64,000 bases of DNA from an uncultured Gammaproteobacteria bacterium (GTDB taxonomy: Bacteria > Patescibacteriota > Microgenomatia > UBA8517): NCBI GenBank assembly GCA_964617045.1, contig CAZTVZ010000001.1, positions 24,521 to 88,520 of the forward strand, given 5' to 3'. How positions within the stretch are numbered: position 1 is the stretch's first letter; every line of letters begins with the position of its first letter. The position numbers and the translations under genes were made by a program. Below the pieces are notes generated by a model that saw only the letters and a list, made by a program, of their open reading frames with translations, made no database searches and was not told the origin of the DNA. This document shows, in pieces, positions 47,748-57,816 of this stretch.

Positions 47748-49775
47748 ATGTTCAAAGATGCTCCAGTGGAAAATTTGCCACAAATCGGACCTTCGTATGC
47801 AACAAAACTTAATCGCTTGGGAATAGAAACGATATCCGATCTGTTTTTTCACATACCGACTCGGTATTTAGACTTCCGAAACACAAGAAAAATTAAAGAC
47901 CTGCGGGCAGGAGACATTGTTGTCGTAAACGCAACCGTAAAATACATCAAAAACCAATACACAAAATCGGGTAAATTTATGCAAATTGCTCAAGTCGAAG
48001 ACGAATCCGGTACATTAACTGTCGTCTGGTTCAATCAACGATTTTTATCAAGAATTTTATATCCCGGAATTACAGTTTCTTTAGCAGGAACCGTAAAATG
48101 GTTTGGTAGGACAATTACATTAACCTCACCGGATTTTGAAATAATCAAAGAAGAAAAAGACATCATTCACACAAAAGGACTTGTTCCAATCTATTCCGAG
48201 ACATCGGGACTAAATTCAAAATGGTTTCGCAACAGAATCCACGAAAATATTAAATTACTTGAGGGCTACAAAGAATATCTTCCTGATAATGTTTTAAAAA
48301 TGTATAAGTTAAGTAAAATCGGTGAATCTTTAGTTAATATTCATAATCCCAAAAGCAATACCGATCTGGGTTATTATTTTAAACGTTTAATATTTGAAGA
48401 ATTGATTTCGTTTCAACTTGCATCTATCACTAACAAACACAATTTTAAAGCTTATAAAACGTACAACCTCAACCACACCAAAAAAGAGCTTGCAACACTA
48501 TATGAAGGCTTACCTTTCAAACTAACAAATTCCCAGAAAGAGGTTGTTGACGAAATACTTGATGACATTTCCAAAGATCAGCCAATGAATAGACTGTTGG
48601 AAGGAGATGTGGGTTCGGGCAAAACTATTGTCGCCCTGATTGCAACATTCGTTGCATTTCTTAACGGATATCAAACCGTAATCATGGCTCCAACTCAAAT
48701 TCTCGCCGAGCAACACTTTAAAACGATAGGAAAAATATTTTCAAAATTTAAAATTAGGCTTCGTTTCGTGACCGGGAAAATCGACAAATCTGATATCGGG
48801 AAAACAGATGTCTTTATCGGAACCCATGCATTAATCAATAAAAAGGAATTGTTTAACAATGTTGCTTTGGTCGTTATTGACGAACAGCATAAGTTCGGAG
48901 TAAACCAAAGGCAACGATTGCTTAGAAACGTTGCTCGGAATAAACACATACCACATCTTTTAACCATGACTGCGACACCTATTCCAAGAACAATTGCACT
49001 AACAGCCTATGGTGACATGGACCTGAGTGTCATCAACGAACTTCCTAAAGGAAGACAAGAAATCAAAACCTGGATTATAGAAAAAGGTAAACGTGATAAG
49101 GCATACGAGTGGGTTGAAAATGAAATCAAAAATAAAAGTGTTCAAGCATATGTTGTGTGTCCGTTAATTGAAGAATCCGAAATTGAAACACTTAAAAGTA
49201 TTAAGTCAGTTAAGGCGGAATACGAAAGACTAAAAAGCATAATGAAACCGCTTAAGCTTGGTCTTTTGCATGGAAAAATGAAATCTGATGAAAAAGAACA
49301 AATAATTGATCAGTTTTCTAAAGGGAAAATTGATATTTTGGTTTCAACTCCGGTTGTGGAAGTAGGAATAGATGTTCCCAATGCCTGCATTATGGTCGTC
49401 GAGGGATCGGAAAGATTCGGACTATCGAGTCTTCATCAATTAAGAGGAAGAGTGGGGCGAGGGGTTAAACAGTCCTACTGTCTATTAATGACGGATAGCC
49501 CCTCCAAAAATCCTTTGGCGAGGTTGCAGGCCATGGAAAAGAACCATTCTGGATTCGAACTGGCAGAGATAGACTTGAAGCTCAGAGGCCCGGGTGAAAT
49601 ATTCGGAGTAAAACAGCACGGAATACCTGAGCTAAAAATCGCGACATGGCAGGATTTCGATAATATCAAATATTCGAAACGCCTTTCCGAAGAGATTTTC
49701 CAAAACAAAGAACTTCTGGCCAAAGTTTACCGCTCAAACCATTTCATCCTTGCGGGTATGCCTAAATTGGTTTAA
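47748..49775 (+). CDS. recG: ATP-dependent DNA helicase RecG
   Basis: GDVGSGKT, DEQHKFG, TATPIPRT, QLRGRVGRG, RGPGE. Confidence 0.97.
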   Translation: MFKDAPVENLPQIGPSYATKLNRLGIETISDLFFHIPTRYLDFRNTRKIKDLRAGDIVVVNATVKYIKNQYTKSGKFMQIAQVEDESGTLTVVWFNQRFLSRILYPGITVSLAGTVKWFGRTITLTSPDFEIIKEEKDIIHTKGLVPIYSETSGLNSKWFRNRIHENIKLLEGYKEYLPDNVLKMYKLSKIGESLVNIHNPKSNTDLGYYFKRLIFEELISFQLASITNKHNFKAYKTYNLNHTKKELATLYEGLPFKLTNSQKEVVDEILDDISKDQPMNRLLEGDVGSGKTIVALIATFVAFLNGYQTVIMAPTQILAEQHFKTIGKIFSKFKIRLRFVTGKIDKSDIGKTDVFIGTHALINKKELFNNVALVVIDEQHKFGVNQRQRLLRNVARNKHIPHLLTMTATPIPRTIALTAYGDMDLSVINELPKGRQEIKTWIIEKGKRDKAYEWVENEIKNKSVQAYVVCPLIEESEIETLKSIKSVKAEYERLKSIMKPLKLGLLHGKMKSDEKEQIIDQFSKGKIDILVSTPVVEVGIDVPNACIMVVEGSERFGLSSLHQLRGRVGRGVKQSYCLLMTDSPSKNPLARLQAMEKNHSGFELAEIDLKLRGPGEIFGVKQHGIPELKIATWQDFDNIKYSKRLSEEIFQNKELLAKVYRSNHFILAGMPKLV

Positions 49776-49788
49776 AATTAGCGCTGTT

Positions 49789-49956
49789 ATGACACCATTA
49801 CCGAAGAAAAAACATACAAGATCAAGATCCAACCAAAGAAGAAGCGCCGTAACCAGAATTTCCCTGGGAACATTGGCTAAGTGTGCTTCGTGTGGAAAAC
49901 TAAAAGAACCACACAAGACTTGCAAGCACTGTGGCGCACACCACCTCAAAAAATAA
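49789..49956 (+). CDS. rpmF: 50S ribosomal protein bL32 (Zn-ribbon form)
   Basis: PKKK.TRSR..RR; CxxC...H..CxxCG. Confidence 0.93.
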   Translation: MTPLPKKKHTRSRSNQRRSAVTRISLGTLAKCASCGKLKEPHKTCKHCGAHHLKK

Positions 49957-49958
49957 TA

Positions 49959-50396
49959 ATGAAGACTGCTCATGACCCCCGCCATATAAAAAGAAGAGAA
50001 ATCGTAAAGACATTATTTGCTGAATCTTTCACCCACCAGGATCAAGTTCCTGCAACGGACCTTGAAGACGATGGTCTGGGAGAAATCGAATTTAACGAAC
50101 TCGACAAATCCGAAATATTGGAGGAAGTAGCGGATATTGTCAAAATACAAGCAAAAATAGACGATTACATAAAAGAATCCGCGACCGAATGGCCGATAGA
50201 CAAACTGAATAAAATTGACCTATCCATTCTCAGACTGGCAATATATGAACTTCTGAATAAGGGAGAATCAACACCTCCCAAAGTTGTAATAGACGAAGCA
50301 GTTGAGCTATCCAAGGAGTTTGGAAGTGAAACCACATCCTCTTTTGTAAATGGTGTATTGGGAAGTGTCCTTAAAAAAATTGACGATGGAAAATAA
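49959..50396 (+). CDS. nusB: Transcription antitermination factor NusB
   Basis: W..D.L..ID..ILR, VVIDEAVELSKEFG, FVNGVLG. Confidence 0.93.
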   Translation: MKTAHDPRHIKRREIVKTLFAESFTHQDQVPATDLEDDGLGEIEFNELDKSEILEEVADIVKIQAKIDDYIKESATEWPIDKLNKIDLSILRLAIYELLNKGESTPPKVVIDEAVELSKEFGSETTSSFVNGVLGSVLKKIDDGK

Positions 50397-50619
50397 TATT
50401 GAACAATTAATAATAAGTACAATTTCAGAAATTTCAGGAGCAGATATATCGGATATTAAATCGGAAGATTTTTTGATTGATGATCTTCATCTTGGACCCA
50501 CCGAAATGACCGATTTACTGGAAAAATTATCGGAAAAAGGATGCGACACGTCCAAATTAGAAAATATTCAGGAAATGACGGTTTCTGATTTGACAGAAGA
50601 ATTGACTTTAAGTTCATAA
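50386..50619 (+). CDS. Acyl carrier protein-like protein lacking the conserved Ser
   Basis: Acidic 77 aa ACP-like pattern (DDL.L...E..DL, TV.DL) upstream of rnc. Confidence 0.7.
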   Translation: MENNIEQLIISTISEISGADISDIKSEDFLIDDLHLGPTEMTDLLEKLSEKGCDTSKLENIQEMTVSDLTEELTLSS

Positions 50620-50621
50620 GT

Positions 50622-51296
50622 ATGGACAACATCGACAAACTAGTAACTTTTTTTAAAAACCAAGAACTATTGGATCAGGCTTTGACCCATAAATCTTGGG
50701 TTAACGAGAACCTGGGGGTTAGGGGATCTAATGAAAGATTGGAGTTTCTTGGGGATGCTGTTCTTGAATTTGTAATTTCCGCCGAAATATTCAGGAAGTT
50801 CCCGGACAAAGAAGAAGGTTTTTTAACAGCCTTGCGATCTAGCTTGGTTAATACGGAAAATCTTGCTTCGGTTGCCATTAAACTTAATGTCGGTGAAAAG
50901 ATTTATCTATCCAAAGGCGAAGAAGAAAGTGGGGGAAGAACCAATAGTTCACTTCTTGCAGATACTGTTGAGGCGATTATAGGGGCTCTTTATATGGATC
51001 AAGGGCTCGAATATGCTACAAAATTTATCATGGACAATATCGCAGCAGAAATACCCGAAAAAATTGAACAACCTTTAAAGGATCCGAAAAGCAGACTTCA
51101 GGAATATGTCCAAAGTATGAGTTTCCCAACACCCAATTATCGCGTGGTTGAAGAAACAGGCCCCGATCACAGTAAACATTTTGAAATAGAGGTATTTGTG
51201 AATGGAGATTCATGGGGTAAGGGTGAAGGGAAAAGCAAAAGCCTGGCTGAACAGGCAGCAGCCAAAAACGCTTTGGACAACCACCTTGAGAAATAG
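50622..51296 (+). CDS. rnc: Ribonuclease III
   Basis: NERLEFLGDAVL, D.VEA, dsRBD. Confidence 0.97.
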   Translation: MDNIDKLVTFFKNQELLDQALTHKSWVNENLGVRGSNERLEFLGDAVLEFVISAEIFRKFPDKEEGFLTALRSSLVNTENLASVAIKLNVGEKIYLSKGEEESGGRTNSSLLADTVEAIIGALYMDQGLEYATKFIMDNIAAEIPEKIEQPLKDPKSRLQEYVQSMSFPTPNYRVVEETGPDHSKHFEIEVFVNGDSWGKGEGKSKSLAEQAAAKNALDNHLEK

Positions 51297-51325
51297 CCTC
51301 AATTAAGATATAATTCTTCACTGAC

Positions 51326-51547
51326 ATGGTAAAAATACGATTAGCCAGACTAGGAACCAAGAAAAAGCCGTTCTACCGAATTGTCGCCATAGACGAGAGA
51401 CAAAAGGGAACTGGTGAGGCATTGGATATTGTAGGATATTGGCATCCAGCACAAAAAAAGACTGAAATAGACACGGCAAAAGTTGAAGAGTGGGTCAAAA
51501 AAGGTGCAATTATTACTCCCGCGGTCAAAAAACTCATCGAAAAATGA
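51326..51547 (+). CDS. rpsP: 30S ribosomal protein bS16
   Basis: MVKIRL.R.G.KK.PFYRIV. Confidence 0.97.
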   Translation: MVKIRLARLGTKKKPFYRIVAIDERQKGTGEALDIVGYWHPAQKKTEIDTAKVEEWVKKGAIITPAVKKLIEK

Positions 51548-51777
51548 CAGATTTAATCAAGTACATCATTAAAAACATCACTGGATCGGATGATTTCGAG
51601 GTTGTTGAAAACGAAATTGGTGAAGGAAGATTGGAATATGTAGTCAAAGTACCCAAAGAATTAATGGGTATAGTAATCGGGAAGGGTGGCAGCATAGTCA
51701 AATCAATAAGAAATCTTGTTAAAGTTAAGGCTACAATAGAAAAGAAATCCGTAAATATCTTCGTTGAAGAACGTTAA
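51544..51777 (+). CDS. khpA: KH-domain RNA-binding protein KhpA
   Basis: MGIVIGKGG GxxG loop; follows rpsP. Confidence 0.88.
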   Translation: MTDLIKYIIKNITGSDDFEVVENEIGEGRLEYVVKVPKELMGIVIGKGGSIVKSIRNLVKVKATIEKKSVNIFVEER

Positions 51778-52454
51778 TTAAAAGGATCCTGTCTTATTCC
51801 TGGCTGTTGAGGTGTCAAATTCACTTGAATTGGTGTTCTTAACAGCAATATTTTTGCCAGAGAATCTTTTTCTGCAGCCGTTAAATCTTTCAGAGGGTCG
51901 TTTATCGGTGGTAGCTTGGTGGGATAAGGACCGAAATATGTTCTGACAACGACATCCGCTCTCGTTAAACCGGTTGACTGCGAAAACTTTGCTTTTTCAA
52001 TATTCGAGACAGGGGATACGTTTTCAAAGGATTTCAAATAATCTAGAAGTGTAAGCATGGGACCATCTACGGTAAAAGTAATGTCGACACTGTTTACTGA
52101 ACCCTGTAAAGCTTCCGTTCCGCCTTTTAAATCGGTAATTGTCAAGCCTTTTTCCAATGCCAACATTTTTATTTGCGATATCATGGAAAAACCGGAGTAT
52201 CTTTCCGGCATTGCGAATGTAATTGCATTGGCATATTTATCCATTTCTCCCGAAAGATCGGATAGTATTCGTTCTTTTTCCTTCAAGACATTTTCAATTT
52301 TTTGATTTCTTTCAAGCTCGTCTTTTTGTTCGGTTATTTTTCCGAATCCAACCTTAACTGCAACCGTAAACACGACGGTAATAAGAAGAATCATACCAAT
52401 AGGCATTAAAAGAGCTTTTATGTTTGGTGAACTGATATTTAAATTTGTTTTCAT
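51774..52454 (-). CDS. pilO: Type IV pilus alignment protein PilO-like
   Basis: TM, coiled coil, ferredoxin-like domain, R.DPF tail; follows pilMN. Confidence 0.75.
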   Translation of the reverse strand: MKTNLNISSPNIKALLMPIGMILLITVVFTVAVKVGFGKITEQKDELERNQKIENVLKEKERILSDLSGEMDKYANAITFAMPERYSGFSMISQIKMLALEKGLTITDLKGGTEALQGSVNSVDITFTVDGPMLTLLDYLKSFENVSPVSNIEKAKFSQSTGLTRADVVVRTYFGPYPTKLPPINDPLKDLTAAEKDSLAKILLLRTPIQVNLTPQQPGIRQDPFN

Positions 52455-52993
52455 TTCTTTGTTACAGTCCCGTTGGAAAATTTGACACTAACAATGTATC
52501 CGACACTAGAATTAAAACTAAAACTCAACAAATCGATTCTTTTATATTCCGTAATAGTTGCCACAGTAGACATAAGTTTTACCAAACTTAATGAATTATT
52601 GGCAAGATAGGTCATCTCAATCGACTCTTTTCCCAGAATGGATTCCGTAACTACAATGTCCGGAGGAATAATTGTTGTAATATCGTATAGGGACGCAATT
52701 TCTTTCTCCACGTTTTGTTTCTTTTCAATTTCTGCAATTTTTGCCAATCTGTCTTTAACCAATATCAAGCTTTGTTCTGTTTGCTCCAATGCTTTGATAT
52801 TGCCTTTTAAGGCCTCCTGGGCTTCCTGAGATTTTTTCAAGGCGATTGAATTGAAGGAAAAATAAGCAACCAATCCTATTAGGGATACAACAAGAATCAT
52901 TGCCAACCCTGTTGCTGCCGATCGCAAATATCCAGATATTTTCTGTATACGAGGATCGGGAGTTAGGTCTTTGGGGAGTAGGTTAATACCCAT
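52451..52993 (-). CDS. pilN: Type IV pilus alignment protein PilN
   Basis: INLLP motif, TM, coiled coil. Confidence 0.85.
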   Translation of the reverse strand: MGINLLPKDLTPDPRIQKISGYLRSAATGLAMILVVSLIGLVAYFSFNSIALKKSQEAQEALKGNIKALEQTEQSLILVKDRLAKIAEIEKKQNVEKEIASLYDITTIIPPDIVVTESILGKESIEMTYLANNSLSLVKLMSTVATITEYKRIDLLSFSFNSSVGYIVSVKFSNGTVTKK

Positions 52994-52999
52994 TGCAGT

Positions 53000-54016
53000 T
53001 TATGCTCCTCTCAAAGCCAATCCAACGGCAATAGAATATAATGGCGCATACGGAGCGATTGTTTTTAGAGCCTGTTGATCAACACTTATTCTGGAGAATG
53101 GATTTCCGATTATTACTTCAATCCCTATTGCTTTGGAAATTAGAGGAAGTGCTTGAGGCATTCCGGAAGTGCCGCCGGATAAGATGATAGTTTTGGGCAT
53201 ATCACCTTTTTCTTCGGACTGATAAAAATGAATGGCTTTTTTGATTTCGTCTATAACAATATTAAATACCGGATCCAGTGCGCCCTTTATCTTTCCTTCC
53301 AATTGAGCCCCTTCCAATCCGTAAGTCCTTTTGTATTCTTCAGCTTGCTGCAATTCTATCCCGAGTGTTTGAGCAACAGCTCTCGTAAATGCCTCACCTG
53401 CAGTAGGGATACTTCTCGAGAAAGACAATTGCCCATTTTTGGCAATGGCGATATCGGTTGACTTGGCACCAAAATCGGCAATTAAAACCGTTTGATTAAT
53501 AGGTGCAAGACCTCTTGTCAAAGACATTAATTCCGTTTCAACACCGACAACATTAAGTCCTGCCAGCTGAACAGCTTTAACATATGTTTCAACTAATTTT
53601 CTGGGTGCGGCAACGAGTAGAACCAAGACTTCCGGAGGAGTAATGTTTTGCCTTCGTTCAATTATCTGATGTTGAACGATAGCTTCGTTGATTGGAATTG
53701 GAACATATTGTTCCGCTTCCCATTTTACTGCACTTGCAATTTCTTGGTCTGTTAAGGGAGGGAATTTAATGGTTCTGGTAAAAACCAGCGGTTCAGGTAG
53801 GGAAATAGAGACATCCTTGGAAGATATTCTTGCTTCGGTGTGAAGTTTTTTAATTACTTGCGCTATAGAAGCAAGATCTCTTTCGTCTTTTGCTTGATCA
53901 GGGGGAACTCCTTGATAACCAATAACACCCGAGCCGTTTAATTTCCAAACATTACCGGCAGGGACTAATTCGACAATTTTTATTGTCTTTGATCCGATAT
54001 CTATGCCAACACTCAC
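53000..54016 (-). CDS. pilM: Type IV pilus assembly protein PilM
   Basis: GIDIGS..IK, DFGA..TD, LSGG, A.GLALRG (actin-like fold). Confidence 0.93.
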   Translation of the reverse strand: MSVGIDIGSKTIKIVELVPAGNVWKLNGSGVIGYQGVPPDQAKDERDLASIAQVIKKLHTEARISSKDVSISLPEPLVFTRTIKFPPLTDQEIASAVKWEAEQYVPIPINEAIVQHQIIERRQNITPPEVLVLLVAAPRKLVETYVKAVQLAGLNVVGVETELMSLTRGLAPINQTVLIADFGAKSTDIAIAKNGQLSFSRSIPTAGEAFTRAVAQTLGIELQQAEEYKRTYGLEGAQLEGKIKGALDPVFNIVIDEIKKAIHFYQSEEKGDMPKTIILSGGTSGMPQALPLISKAIGIEVIIGNPFSRISVDQQALKTIAPYAPLYSIAVGLALRGA

Positions 54017-54930
54017 TTTGTTATACCTCCAAGAGAAAAGATGGCCGAATCAAATACCGAGGGCAATTCACCATAACCTTGAAAAACATCAATCTTCCTG
54101 TTGGATGCACCCGAGATTCCTGTTGATGTAATTTTTACTCCTTGAGAGGGTAGAGTTCCGTTTCCTGAATAGTTTGTAGAAATTCCTGCTGTATGGGTTT
54201 CTGTGGTGTTATAAAGCATTTTAATTTTTAAAAACTGTAATCCGTTCTGGGTGGAATATACTCCGGATCCAATATTCATAGTAGATAAATCAAATGTTTT
54301 TTGGAACGCATAACGTTCACCTGTTGATAAATCACATGTGCCTGAATCGGGAGCGGAAAACCCATTCGAAGCCCTTCTCGTTTCGTTTGGGTCAATTGCG
54401 GCTCTGGCAATTCTTGCAGTACCGATACTACCGGGTGTATTTAAATAATAGACAGATGCTTCAATAGCAGGAGTAGTATCTGTATTACCCGCAGTTCCTT
54501 CTTTCCCCCAGCAAATTTTAATTTGATTCCCGGTGAAACAAGGTCTTTCCGCACTGCAAATCAAGTCGCCGTCATCATCGTGGGCAACAAACCAAAAAGT
54601 AATTGATTCTCCCGAAAAAATTCCAATCGGATTCCCAAATTCGTAATCGTTGGTGTTTGCAACTGCAATTGATGTTGAAAAAGATGCGTTATCGGAATAT
54701 TCGGAATTGGCAATAATGCTTCCAATATTTCCAGAAATTAATGCTTCTTCAACTCCTGCTTCGGCAGCGGAAAAGGCACGTAATGCTTCTTCTTCTTTTG
54801 TTGAAACACTTACATCGGTAATTGATCTGGATAAAATGGAAAGCACAACCGTCAAAACAACTGCCATAGAAAGAAGAACCAGAAGCAATGCTTGACCACT
54901 CTGTCCAACATTTTTTGGCAGATTTTTCAT
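54013..54930 (-). CDS. PilX-like minor pilin
   Basis: SG|QALLLVLL without E5; AFSAAEAGVE motif. Confidence 0.85.
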   Translation of the reverse strand: MKNLPKNVGQSGQALLLVLLSMAVVLTVVLSILSRSITDVSVSTKEEEALRAFSAAEAGVEEALISGNIGSIIANSEYSDNASFSTSIAVANTNDYEFGNPIGIFSGESITFWFVAHDDDGDLICSAERPCFTGNQIKICWGKEGTAGNTDTTPAIEASVYYLNTPGSIGTARIARAAIDPNETRRASNGFSAPDSGTCDLSTGERYAFQKTFDLSTMNIGSGVYSTQNGLQFLKIKMLYNTTETHTAGISTNYSGNGTLPSQGVKITSTGISGASNRKIDVFQGYGELPSVFDSAIFSLGGITK

Positions 54931-54972
54931 AACAATTCAGTTTAGCAATGTAACCTTATCAGGTCAATTATG

Positions 54973-55467
54973 TTAGTAAGATCTTAATAGTATCTTTGTA
55001 CTCGTTGAGACGACAGCATTATCAATATCCCCCGAATTTGTCTCACTTGCCGTCAGGTCGATAATTACGGATGGGGGAACGACCCCTGCTTCGGGTATGC
55101 AGGTGAACGAACAGGAATTTATTTTTACATCGGTTCCCGTCAATCTTGCCGATCCGGATGCAACATAGCTTTCGTCCGTTCCTGTTCCCACACACGAGAA
55201 AGAAGAAGCAAGGCCTCCATTCGCAATATAATCAATTCTGGTGGGATCAATATTTGGACAAGGCGATACCTTGTCTGCATTTCTTATATTCCTTTCCATA
55301 ATCGCAATTGCGTAATCCAAATTCTCCCTTACTTTAACAACATCATCGCTTTTGTTTGATCCTCTTAAGGTAAGAATTGTAATTCTGCTAATCAAAACAC
55401 CTAATACGGCAAAAACGGCAACAACAACCAATATTTCGATAAAGGAAATCCCTTTTATTTCTTTCAT
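54973..55467 (-). CDS. PilW-like minor pilin
   Basis: KG|ISFIEIL class III signal; C-terminal LR. Confidence 0.8.
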   Translation of the reverse strand: MKEIKGISFIEILVVVAVFAVLGVLISRITILTLRGSNKSDDVVKVRENLDYAIAIMERNIRNADKVSPCPNIDPTRIDYIANGGLASSFSCVGTGTDESYVASGSARLTGTDVKINSCSFTCIPEAGVVPPSVIIDLTASETNSGDIDNAVVSTSTKILLRSY

Positions 55468-55937
55468 CTTTGTAAATCTCTCCAATCGCTGAATCGGGTT
55501 GTCGAACTAACCTGATGTTCTCCCTGGCTATCTACCCAGTACACTTTTACAAAAGCATCAACATATTGCTTTGGAACCCCCGAAACGTCAATTGTACCTG
55601 CTGTAAATACTACCTCACGATAAAAAAAAGTATCCGGAATAAACTCGTTATCCGAGCAATTTGGTTTGGCATTTGAAATGGTCCAATCAAGTTCTGTCAT
55701 ACACCAGCTTGGAGTTGCAGAGGCAACGGCATAAAAATCATTCCAATTAATATCTCTTTCGCTTCTTAACCATTCCATTGTCTGCTGGGCGTATCTTGTT
55801 GCAACAGTATTGTTTCTCGAATATGAGCTGTTTCTAATCGATGTCGAAGCAAGGGCTACAATTGCAACAATAATTAAAGTTGATACTGCCAGGGCAACGA
55901 CAATTTCAAAAAGAGATTGGCCTTTTTCGTTTTTCAA
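55464..55937 (-). CDS. PilV-like minor pilin
   Basis: KG|QSLFEIVV; A..YAQ..ME. Confidence 0.8.
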   Translation of the reverse strand: MKNEKGQSLFEIVVALAVSTLIIVAIVALASTSIRNSSYSRNNTVATRYAQQTMEWLRSERDINWNDFYAVASATPSWCMTELDWTISNAKPNCSDNEFIPDTFFYREVVFTAGTIDVSGVPKQYVDAFVKVYWVDSQGEHQVSSTTRFSDWRDLQR

Positions 55938-56419
55938 TTAATTTCTCCTCCTTGAGTAACAGTTACAGAAATTATTTTACCGGTCGATATTTGTGTAACG
56001 GATACAATTTCCGACGGATTGGGAATATTAGTTCCGTGTCCCAGAGGCTTAAATATGATTGGATTAATTCCAGTAGAAATAATTAAATCATTTGAATTTA
56101 ACTCTTTTGTTTTTACTTCAACGCTCCCTCCCGTACACAATGCATTAATCCTGTAGGTATTGGAATTAATAACAAGAAATTCATAACCGTTAAGTAAATT
56201 TGACCCTTGGCAGTTTGGACTATCAGGCTTTTCTCCGGCAAGAGCTTTGCTTTGTGCCAATCTTAGATCACTTTTGATAAATCTAGCGGTCGAAGTAAGA
56301 AGTTGTCTTCTTGAAAATTCTCTAAAACCAACATATCCAACACCGAAAATCAATCCGATTATGGTTAATCCGACAAGTATTTCGATAAGGGTATAACCGT
56401 TGTTGTTTTTTTCATTCAT
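55934..56419 (-). CDS. FimT/GspH-like minor pilin
   Basis: NG|YTLIEIL; DLRLAQSKA; C-terminal G.I. Confidence 0.82.
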   Translation of the reverse strand: MNEKNNNGYTLIEILVGLTIIGLIFGVGYVGFREFSRRQLLTSTARFIKSDLRLAQSKALAGEKPDSPNCQGSNLLNGYEFLVINSNTYRINALCTGGSVEVKTKELNSNDLIISTGINPIIFKPLGHGTNIPNPSEIVSVTQISTGKIISVTVTQGGEIN

Positions 56420-56874
56420 TAGGGGCTGGTTACTTTATAATTACACTCAACGTCTGTCCCACAACTATCTATTCCACCATCTCCGTCACAATCGACACCT
56501 GCAAGCTCATCTTCCAAGGCAGTACAAAGAGAGTAGGACGATCCCGTTTCGGAGTAGTATCTGTAAAATCTCCCAGTAGTTGAAATTGGTTCCGAAGGGC
56601 TTACAAAATATTGATTGGAAGACGAACAGCTGGTGGGTGTATCGTCACCGTTAAGTGTTGCCGGCCAATTTGTTGTGTATGTTTCCGCCGGATAATTGCC
56701 ACAGTCGGAATGATATATCTCAAGTCCGGACCTTATCAGCTCAAGATCTGCTTTTCTTCGGGCGTCACGAGAGTCTTTCCTGGCTTCCTGAAGTCCAAAC
56801 ACGGATACAGCCATCAATATTCCGACTATCGAGATAACAACAAGAAGTTCGATTAATGTAAAACCTTTTCTCAT
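56419..56874 (-). CDS. Type IV pilin (GspG-like)
   Basis: KG|FTLIELL; RDARRKADL; YP; Y.LC..LE. Confidence 0.9.
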   Translation of the reverse strand: MRKGFTLIELLVVISIVGILMAVSVFGLQEARKDSRDARRKADLELIRSGLEIYHSDCGNYPAETYTTNWPATLNGDDTPTSCSSSNQYFVSPSEPISTTGRFYRYYSETGSSYSLCTALEDELAGVDCDGDGGIDSCGTDVECNYKVTSP

Positions 56875-57338
56875 GGCAGGGGACAAGTGCCTCCCGATTG
56901 TTCCTCGGATACATATCCTTCTCCGACTTTTCCATTACTGCAAATTATGTAATGCCTGTCAGAAGTGTTTTCTATTAATGCCCACAAAACATACATTGTT
57001 GCCCCCGGATCTCCGGAATTGTCGACATTAGATTGATAGTTGTAGACAAAAGCATTGTTGGAAACATATTTTACATCTTCAGGGCAACCACTTTGACCCA
57101 AGTCGGTACAGAGAGTGGAGGACGCTCTTGCTGTTACGTTTCTTTTTGGATAAAGTCCTTCGTTTTTATTGGCATAAACCTCAAGCATGTTTTGATATTG
57201 CCTAAGATCCGACTTTCTTTTTGAATCATTTGCCTGTTTTTGTGATCCTCCGAAAGAAACCAGAGACACTGCAGCAAGCACACCAATAATCGATATTACA
57301 ACCAACAATTCTACAAGTGTAAATCCTTTCTTATTCAT
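56871..57338 (-). CDS. Type IV pilin (GspG-like)
   Basis: KG|FTLVELL; NDSKRKSDL; Y.LWA.IEN. Confidence 0.9.
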   Translation of the reverse strand: MNKKGFTLVELLVVISIIGVLAAVSLVSFGGSQKQANDSKRKSDLRQYQNMLEVYANKNEGLYPKRNVTARASSTLCTDLGQSGCPEDVKYVSNNAFVYNYQSNVDNSGDPGATMYVLWALIENTSDRHYIICSNGKVGEGYVSEEQSGGTCPLP

Positions 57339-57805
57339 GGTCTTACTTGATACATAACATCATTTGGACAATCTGTATTTTCAACACCTTTTTCATCGCT
57401 TGGATTTTCCAGACATGCAGTCAACGTATAGCTATCAGCATTGGGATCATAAACATACGAATAGGATTGGTCTGGAAGTGGATCGGCAGGAAGCATGGTC
57501 ATTATTACACGGTTATCGGATGACCACACTTGACCCCATTCGCAATCTGCAAAACCTTGTTGTACACGACCACAACCGTGGATCTTTCCATCGGCAGATG
57601 CCGTCGGATAATAGTTATGATCGTTATAAAAAAGTCTGAGTGCTGTTTGAATGTTCCTTAAATCAGATTTTCTCTGTGCATCTCTTGCACGTTCCCTGGC
57701 CGAATTAAAATTGGCAAGAAGAAGTGCAGAAATTATACCGATAATGGATATAGCAACAAGAAGTTCAATTAGAGTGAATCCTTTTTTCGTGGCAGAATTG
57801 AACAT
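57335..57805 (-). CDS. Type IV pilin (GspG-like)
   Basis: KG|FTLIELL; RDAQRKSDL; Y.L.ACLEN. Confidence 0.9.
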   Translation of the reverse strand: MFNSATKKGFTLIELLVAISIIGIISALLLANFNSARERARDAQRKSDLRNIQTALRLFYNDHNYYPTASADGKIHGCGRVQQGFADCEWGQVWSSDNRVIMTMLPADPLPDQSYSYVYDPNADSYTLTACLENPSDEKGVENTDCPNDVMYQVRP

Positions 57806-57816
57806 AATTTATTATA

